Positions 58,881-64,000 of a stretch of 64,000 nt of DNA are shown here, piece after piece. Both the position numbers and the translations under genes were made by a program. A model generated the notes under the pieces. It had not been told where the DNA came from. It did not search any database and saw nothing but the letters and a program-made list of their open reading frames with translations. Source of the stretch: Gemmatimonadales bacterium (lineage in GTDB: Bacteria > Gemmatimonadota > Gemmatimonadetes > Gemmatimonadales > GWC2-71-9); the NCBI GenBank assembly GCA_965249575.1, contig OZ252244.1:2176001-2240000 (forward strand). The letters run 5' to 3'. Numbering within the stretch: position 1 is the stretch's first letter; each line of letters opens with the position of its first letter.

Positions 58881-61028
58881 TCAGGCGCCGCGTCGATTGT
58901 CGGGGGTTACGCTTAACGCCCGCCCGCCCGCTCGCCGTAGCGTAGCCTTCACTCGTGCGAGGAAGCGAGGTGGATCGATCGGTTTACGAATGTAGTCGTC
59001 GGCACCCACGTCCATGAGTCGCACTTCGGAGAATTCGGGATCGCAGTCTTCTGAACCAGTCAACACGATCACTGGTAAGCCGGCGGTGCCTACCGAGCCG
59101 CGCAGGTTCTTGAGCACCTGGTGTCCGTTCAACCTGGGCATCTCCAAATCAAGGATGACGAGATCGTAGGCATCAGGGCCGAGAATGCGGTCCAAGCCAG
59201 ACTGCCCGTCCTCCGCCTCTGTAACGTCAAAGCCGTTCTTCTCGAGCAGGGTTCGGGCGACTCGCCGGTTCACGGCGTCATCGTCCACTAGTAGAACGCG
59301 TGAGTCGTCAGATGGCGGGGCATTCGGCTCGGGAGCGTCTCCGAGGGCCCGTTCGATTTCCTGCTCAGTGGTGGTTCCCGCCTGCACGAGACACATCGCC
59401 GCATCACGCATCGGCACCATCCCCGCAGCCGTAGCCGCGCGCTGCAGCTCTGGCGCGCTGGCGCCCTGAGCGATGAGTTCTTGGATCTCTGGGGTCGAGA
59501 CGACCAACTCGGTGACGGGTACTCGCCCGCGGTACCCGGTTTTTCCACACTCATCGCACCCAGCCGGTACAGTTCCCGATCCATCAGTCGTCGCGCTCGC
59601 GGACGACGAATCTGGCCCCCCGTCCGGGTTCGTGTTTGGGTCTCCGCAGATCTGGCATACTCTTCGCACGAGACGTTGTGCCAGTGCTCCTCTCAAGCAC
59701 TCGGCGACCGAGGGCAGGTCGAGGCCTAGGTCGCGGAGACGCCCGACTACACCGACTGCGTCGTTCGTGTGTAGTGACGCGAGAACGAGGTGCTCGGTTA
59801 ACGACGCCTGGACGGCGATCTTGGCGGTTTCAAGGTCTCGGATCTCTCCGATGAAAATCACGTCCGGATCTTGGCGCAGGATGGCCCGGAGCGCAGAAGC
59901 GAATGTCACTCCTCGGCCCGTATCGACCTGCATTTGCGTGATCCCCGGCATCTCGTACTCGACTGGGTCCTCAACGCTCATGATGTTCACTTCACCTGTC
60001 GCGAGCTGTCGAATCGCTCCGTAAAGCGTAGTAGTCTTCCCGGATCCGGTGGGCCCGGTGACGACGACTATGCCGTCCCGCTGGCTCAGCAGACGCCGCA
60101 GGCCAGCGAGGTCATGCGGGGCGATACCGATTCTCTCCAGTGTGAGGCCCGTCTCTGGCTCGAGGATGCGAATCACCGCCTTCTCAGCTTCTCGGGTGGG
60201 CACGGTCGACACACGCAAGTCGATGTTTCGCGCCTCGACCCGAATGGCCGCGCGGCCGTCCTGAGGCCTCAGTCGGTCGGCTATATCGAGCTTGCTGATG
60301 ATCTTGATCCGCGAGATGATCCGGTTGATCACCGGCATCGGCATCTTCATGTAGTTGCGGAGGACGCCATCGACCCGGAAGCGCACGGAGCCACCCGCGC
60401 GGCCCGGCTCAATGTGGATATCGCTCGCTCGTCGGCTCACGGCGTCGCGTAGGATCAGGTTCGTGAGCTTGATTACAGGAGTGGCTCGCGCTTCGTCGGC
60501 TGCGACGACCTCTGCGGGTGCTTCCTCGACCTCGCGAACCGCGACCGCAGTCTCAGCGTCCACGCTACTGAGCAAGCTTTCGACCATGCGCTCTGGGGAA
60601 TACCGAGCGTCGATTGCCTCCCGGAGATCCTTTGGTGGCGCAACCTCGAAAACGGGCGTCCTCCCCGACGCGAATCCCAGAAGCTGCTCCGCCTCGAGAT
60701 CCCTGGGGTCGCTGGTTGCGACGACGATGTGATGGTCGTCCTGACGTAGGGGGTAGACGAGGAAGCGCCGCGCGATCTCTTCTGGCAGGAGCTTAAGCGC
60801 TCCAGACTCGGCCGTGGTGAGATCGGCCACCGGGAGCCGGAAGTGAGCTGCTACTAGGCGTGCCAGCTCCCCGTCGTTCGTTCCAGATTTCGAGCAGACC
60901 TTTTCCCACACCGTAGCGACTGGGACGCCCGGCGGGACGACGCGGGCTTCGACACCAGGCAGCCCAGCATCCTGGGCGGCCGACAGTAGCCAATGTGTGG
61001 ACCGCTCAGCGGTTCTCTCGACGCTCAT
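58881..61028 (-). CDS. GspE/PilB-family ATPase with N-terminal MshEN-like region and C-terminal receiver domain
   Basis: ASDIHIEP, RLRPQDG, GPTGSGKTTT, EDPVE, LRQDPDVIFIGEIRD, Cys pairs; receiver motifs VDDD, LDLEMP, ADDYIRKP. Confidence 0.92.
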   Translation of the reverse strand: MSVERTAERSTHWLLSAAQDAGLPGVEARVVPPGVPVATVWEKVCSKSGTNDGELARLVAAHFRLPVADLTTAESGALKLLPEEIARRFLVYPLRQDDHHIVVATSDPRDLEAEQLLGFASGRTPVFEVAPPKDLREAIDARYSPERMVESLLSSVDAETAVAVREVEEAPAEVVAADEARATPVIKLTNLILRDAVSRRASDIHIEPGRAGGSVRFRVDGVLRNYMKMPMPVINRIISRIKIISKLDIADRLRPQDGRAAIRVEARNIDLRVSTVPTREAEKAVIRILEPETGLTLERIGIAPHDLAGLRRLLSQRDGIVVVTGPTGSGKTTTLYGAIRQLATGEVNIMSVEDPVEYEMPGITQMQVDTGRGVTFASALRAILRQDPDVIFIGEIRDLETAKIAVQASLTEHLVLASLHTNDAVGVVGRLRDLGLDLPSVAECLRGALAQRLVRRVCQICGDPNTNPDGGPDSSSASATTDGSGTVPAGCDECGKTGYRGRVPVTELVVSTPEIQELIAQGASAPELQRAATAAGMVPMRDAAMCLVQAGTTTEQEIERALGDAPEPNAPPSDDSRVLLVDDDAVNRRVARTLLEKNGFDVTEAEDGQSGLDRILGPDAYDLVILDLEMPRLNGHQVLKNLRGSVGTAGLPVIVLTGSEDCDPEFSEVRLMDVGADDYIRKPIDPPRFLARVKATLRRAGGRALSVTPDNRRGA

Positions 61029-61459
61029 GCTTCGGGCTGAACGACTGACTTCAGGTGGTCGACCACGGCATCATGCGACGCACGAACCTGACCAAGCAGC
61101 TCCGTGGCTCGCTCTGCGTCGTTCGCCCTACCCGCGAGCTCCGCCTGTCTGAGGAGCTCAGCGAGTCCGTGAGCTCCAATTGCAGCGGCGGAGGACTTGT
61201 ATGCATGGGCGGCCTTGTGGATTCGATCGGGCTCGCCAGTCGCGGCAGCGCCTGCGAGCGCCTCCATCCGGGTCGGCGCCTCTTCGATGAACAGGACGAG
61301 TATGGAATTCACACCTTCCTCGATCCCGGCCTCACGCATCATTTGGTAGAACGACGCGAGATCGACTGGGGGCGCACCCCCAGCGGTCTGAGTGGTCGGT
61401 CCAGCTCGTGATCCGGTCGGCTCTAGGTCCGGTTCCGGCTCTGTCACGGTATCCCCCAA
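61025..61459 (-). CDS. Hpt (histidine phosphotransfer) domain protein
   Basis: AAHAYKSSAAAIGA; stop overlaps the ATPase start. Confidence 0.85.
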   Translation of the reverse strand: MGDTVTEPEPDLEPTGSRAGPTTQTAGGAPPVDLASFYQMMREAGIEEGVNSILVLFIEEAPTRMEALAGAAATGEPDRIHKAAHAYKSSAAAIGAHGLAELLRQAELAGRANDAERATELLGQVRASHDAVVDHLKSVVQPEA

Positions 61460-61603
61460 AAGTCCACTATGCGGCTGTTGCCCGGGACGGTTAGTGGTTT
61501 AGTATCGGTGGGATCTCCGTTCGTCCTTAGGTCTCATGCGATATGTCTGGCATTGAGTAGGGAAGCACGCTGGCGGTCCGGCCATTGTGGGTGGGCGGGC
61601 GAC

Positions 61604-62353
61604 CTAACCTGTCCTCTTCCCGACACGTAGGTGAAGTGGCCACAACACTTTGCGAGCGGCGCCCCACCGTGGCGTAAGGAGATCGACGATCCGGCGTACT
61701 GGATCCTCCCCATGCTGGCGCACGAAGCGTTGGACGGCAGACCAGGTTCGGATGTAGCCCTCCATCTGCGCGAGGGTCCATGCACATTGGATCGAGAGGT
61801 GAGGTACGTCGATCTCGTCAAACGGGAACGCGATCTCGGCGTATCCCGTATCCACCAGTCTGCGCTCGCTAGGCCAGTACGCCTGCATTTCCCCCTTGTA
61901 AAAGGCCCGTAACACTTCATCGACCTCGCTCGATACTCGCGCGAGTGAGTAGCACCACACGGCGACCACGCCGTCGGGAGCCAGTACCCGGTGGGCTTCC
62001 TGGAAGAAGCGATCCTTGTCGAGCCAGTGCAGGGCCTGAGCCACGGTGACCAAGTCGACCGACTCCGCTTCCAGGCCGCTCCTCTCAGCCGGGGAAACGC
62101 GGTACTGGATGCGGGGGTGAGATTGCGCGTGAGTGATTTGGTCGACGCTCGCGTCCGTCGCGATTACGAGGTCAAAATGGAGAGCGAGGCCGAGCGCAGC
62201 TTGACCGTTACCGGTGGCGCAGTCCCAGGCGAGGCGGCGGCCCGGAGAGTGGCCTGCCAGGCAATCGAAGAGTTCAGCGGGGTAGCCCGGGCGGAACGTG
62301 GCGTATGATGCCGCGCAGTGGGAGAAGTGGTCGTCGTGGTCGGTTTTCCCCAG
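61604..62353 (-). CDS. Class I SAM-dependent methyltransferase (probable CTG start)
   Basis: Open frame upstream of the tracked ORF reads DHFS..YATFRPGYP..AWDCATGNGQA..TDAS..VTVAQALHW. CTG 62353 lies downstream of GGAGGT. Confidence 0.85.
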   Translation of the reverse strand: MGKTDHDDHFSHCAASYATFRPGYPAELFDCLAGHSPGRRLAWDCATGNGQAALGLALHFDLVIATDASVDQITHAQSHPRIQYRVSPAERSGLEAESVDLVTVAQALHWLDKDRFFQEAHRVLAPDGVVAVWCYSLARVSSEVDEVLRAFYKGEMQAYWPSERRLVDTGYAEIAFPFDEIDVPHLSIQCAWTLAQMEGYIRTWSAVQRFVRQHGEDPVRRIVDLLTPRWGAARKVLWPLHLRVGKRTG

Positions 62354-62357
62354 CGGT

Positions 62358-63350
62358 TCACGACCTCCGGCGCGTCCTCAATTCCTCGAGAGATCCCCTG
62401 ACGTAGTTGCGTGTCATTTCCTTCCGCCATGACAGGCCAAAATCGGTGTTGTCCATTGGTTTCGAGGGCTTGAACGCGGCGGCGGCCGCTGCCTGAATGG
62501 CGTCGTCGTCTAGATCCGTTCCAACGATAGCCGCCGCCGCCTCGGGTACGGTCTGCGGTTGGCTCGCTACGGCACCGAGGACGATACGAGCCTCGGCCAC
62601 TCGAGGCCCGTCCCACCGAATCCAGCTTGCCACCCCGAGTACGGGAAAGTCGAACGACCCACGCCTCCGCAGCTTCCAGTAGGTGGCGTCCCAGCCATCA
62701 GTAGGTGGGAGGCGCACTTCGGTCAGGATCTCGTCCGGCCGCTTCGCGACGTAGTCGATGCCATCGTTCCGGTAGAAGTCACTGGCAGGTACGACGCGAT
62801 CCGAGGTCGGGCCGAGTAGGTGGTACTCCGCCGCAAGCGCCACCGCCACCGGGGCGAGGTCACTCGAGTTCACCGCCCAACAGCGGGGGCTCCGCGGCGC
62901 AACCCAGCACACGGTGCCGTCCTTTTTCATGCAGAAATCGATGGCCTTTCGCCACTCGAAGGTTTGATTGTAGTAATTGCAGCGCGTGTCGAGACACAGA
63001 TTACCGCCGACCGTCCCCATGTTTCGGAGCAGGGGCGTGCTGATGAGATCCGCCGCCCGCGCCAGGACGGGATACCGACGCCGAATCGTTCGGTGTCCGA
63101 TGAGCTGGGTCAGAGTGAGACACGAGCCGACCGCGAGACCGCGCTTCCGGTCACCGGCTACACGGAAGAGCTTCTTGATGCCACCCAGTGCGACCAGAAC
63201 TCCCGGCTCCTGGTGGCGGCGTTTCATGTTTGGGTAGATGTCGGTACCGCCCGCCACGTACATCCCGGTTGGGCCGTTATCCGCCATCATCTGAAGGGCC
63301 TGTCTCAGCGTTCTTGGCTGGAGGTATTGGAAGGGCGGTAGTCGGAGCAT
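62358..63350 (-). CDS. hcrB: Xanthine-oxidase-family FAD subunit with Cys-rich insert, 4-hydroxybenzoyl-CoA reductase beta-like
   Basis: AGGTD, RNMGTVGGNL, CLDTRCNYYNQ..CMKKDGTVCWVA..RC, RRRGSFDFP. Confidence 0.75.
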   Translation of the reverse strand: MLRLPPFQYLQPRTLRQALQMMADNGPTGMYVAGGTDIYPNMKRRHQEPGVLVALGGIKKLFRVAGDRKRGLAVGSCLTLTQLIGHRTIRRRYPVLARAADLISTPLLRNMGTVGGNLCLDTRCNYYNQTFEWRKAIDFCMKKDGTVCWVAPRSPRCWAVNSSDLAPVAVALAAEYHLLGPTSDRVVPASDFYRNDGIDYVAKRPDEILTEVRLPPTDGWDATYWKLRRRGSFDFPVLGVASWIRWDGPRVAEARIVLGAVASQPQTVPEAAAAIVGTDLDDDAIQAAAAAAFKPSKPMDNTDFGLSWRKEMTRNYVRGSLEELRTRRRS

Positions 63351-63360
63351 GGGAAGAGAA

Positions 63361-64000
63361 TCAGCGGTCCGAATTGGACCGCTGACCGGAGGCGGCGGGC
63401 ATCCGATTGGTTTTCACTTGATCCTCCGTCCTCCCACTGCGAGGGGTTGCGGTGCCGTCCCCCCCTTCCCAGGGCGGCCGGACGTAGGTGGGCTCAGGCC
63501 ACGTCACCTTCGGGAACCGATCCGGCCCGAATCTGCCCTCCCGGCCTGCCGCTTTGTGCCGCAGCGCGCGCAGGACTTTTTCTGGAGTGATGGGCACCTC
63601 GTCGATGCGCACCCCGACGGCGTCGTACACCGCATTCGCAAGCGCGGGTGGGATCGGTAGGAGTGGTCCCTGCCCGACCTCCTTGGCGCCGAACGGGCCA
63701 TTGGGATCCGGCCGCTCGATCAGGAACGTGTCGACATCGCACATCTCGAGCGTGGTAGGGCTCTTGTATTCCAGCATGCTCGGGATCTTGTGGATCACGT
63801 TGAGTTTCGGGCGATAGGCCATCTCCTCCATCAGAGCTTCGCCGAGGCCCATGTAGACGCTGCCTTCGACCTGCCCTAACACGGCGACCGGATTGATCGA
63901 CCGGCCAATGTCGTGCGCGATCCAGATCTTTGGCACGGTGACGATCCCGCTTTCAGGATCGAGCTCGACTTCGGCGACCGCGGCGCTGTAGGAGTAGGCT
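63361..64000 (-). CDS. Molybdopterin-binding large subunit, xanthine dehydrogenase family (HcrA-like), 5'-partial
   Basis: AHDIGRSINP..GQVEG, DPNGPFGAKEVG, ANAVYDAVGVR, PITPEK. Confidence 0.88.
   Translation of the reverse strand, partial: AYSYSAAVAEVELDPESGIVTVPKIWIAHDIGRSINPVAVLGQVEGSVYMGLGEALMEEMAYRPKLNVIHKIPSMLEYKSPTTLEMCDVDTFLIERPDPNGPFGAKEVGQGPLLPIPPALANAVYDAVGVRIDEVPITPEKVLRALRHKAAGREGRFGPDRFPKVTWPEPTYVRPPWEGGDGTATPRSGRTEDQVKTNRMPAASGQRSNSDR

Noticed and set aside
61604..62353. Methyltransferase as a frameshifted pseudogene
   Set aside because: The N-terminal motifs are in the same open frame; only a canonical start codon is missing.

Overview
GC-rich bacterial chromosomal segment, densely coding with about 57 genes. 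The gene content is most consistent with a Gemmatimonadota-like organism (inference only). Housekeeping genes include an EF-G C-terminus, thyX, rnhA, gyrA, leuS, serA, pncA/pncB, tag, thiolase/hbd and the start of an hcrAB-like molybdoenzyme. Main points: (1) A RiPP-type cluster at 37.5-41.0 kb lies between the NAD-salvage genes pncB and pncA. It encodes a 55-aa precursor with a lasso-like leader, a radical SAM enzyme whose C-terminus is replaced by a TolB-like fragment, a PqqD/RRE, an HPr-kinase-like protein and a nucleotidyltransferase; no lasso cyclase or B2 peptidase is in the window. (2) Two probable selenoproteins that the ORF track splits at in-frame UGA codons, SelD and an OsmC-family protein, each with a hairpin just downstream of the UGA. 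(3) An operon of a KamA-like aminomutase, two ATP-grasp ligases and a GNAT, possibly making a beta-amino-acid peptide. (4) Several probable CTG starts, one homopolymer frameshift, an apparently N-truncated GGDEF gene and several substitutions at conserved residues. No rRNA, tRNA, CRISPR array or IS element was recognised. Family assignments come from motif recognition by eye; no database searches were run.
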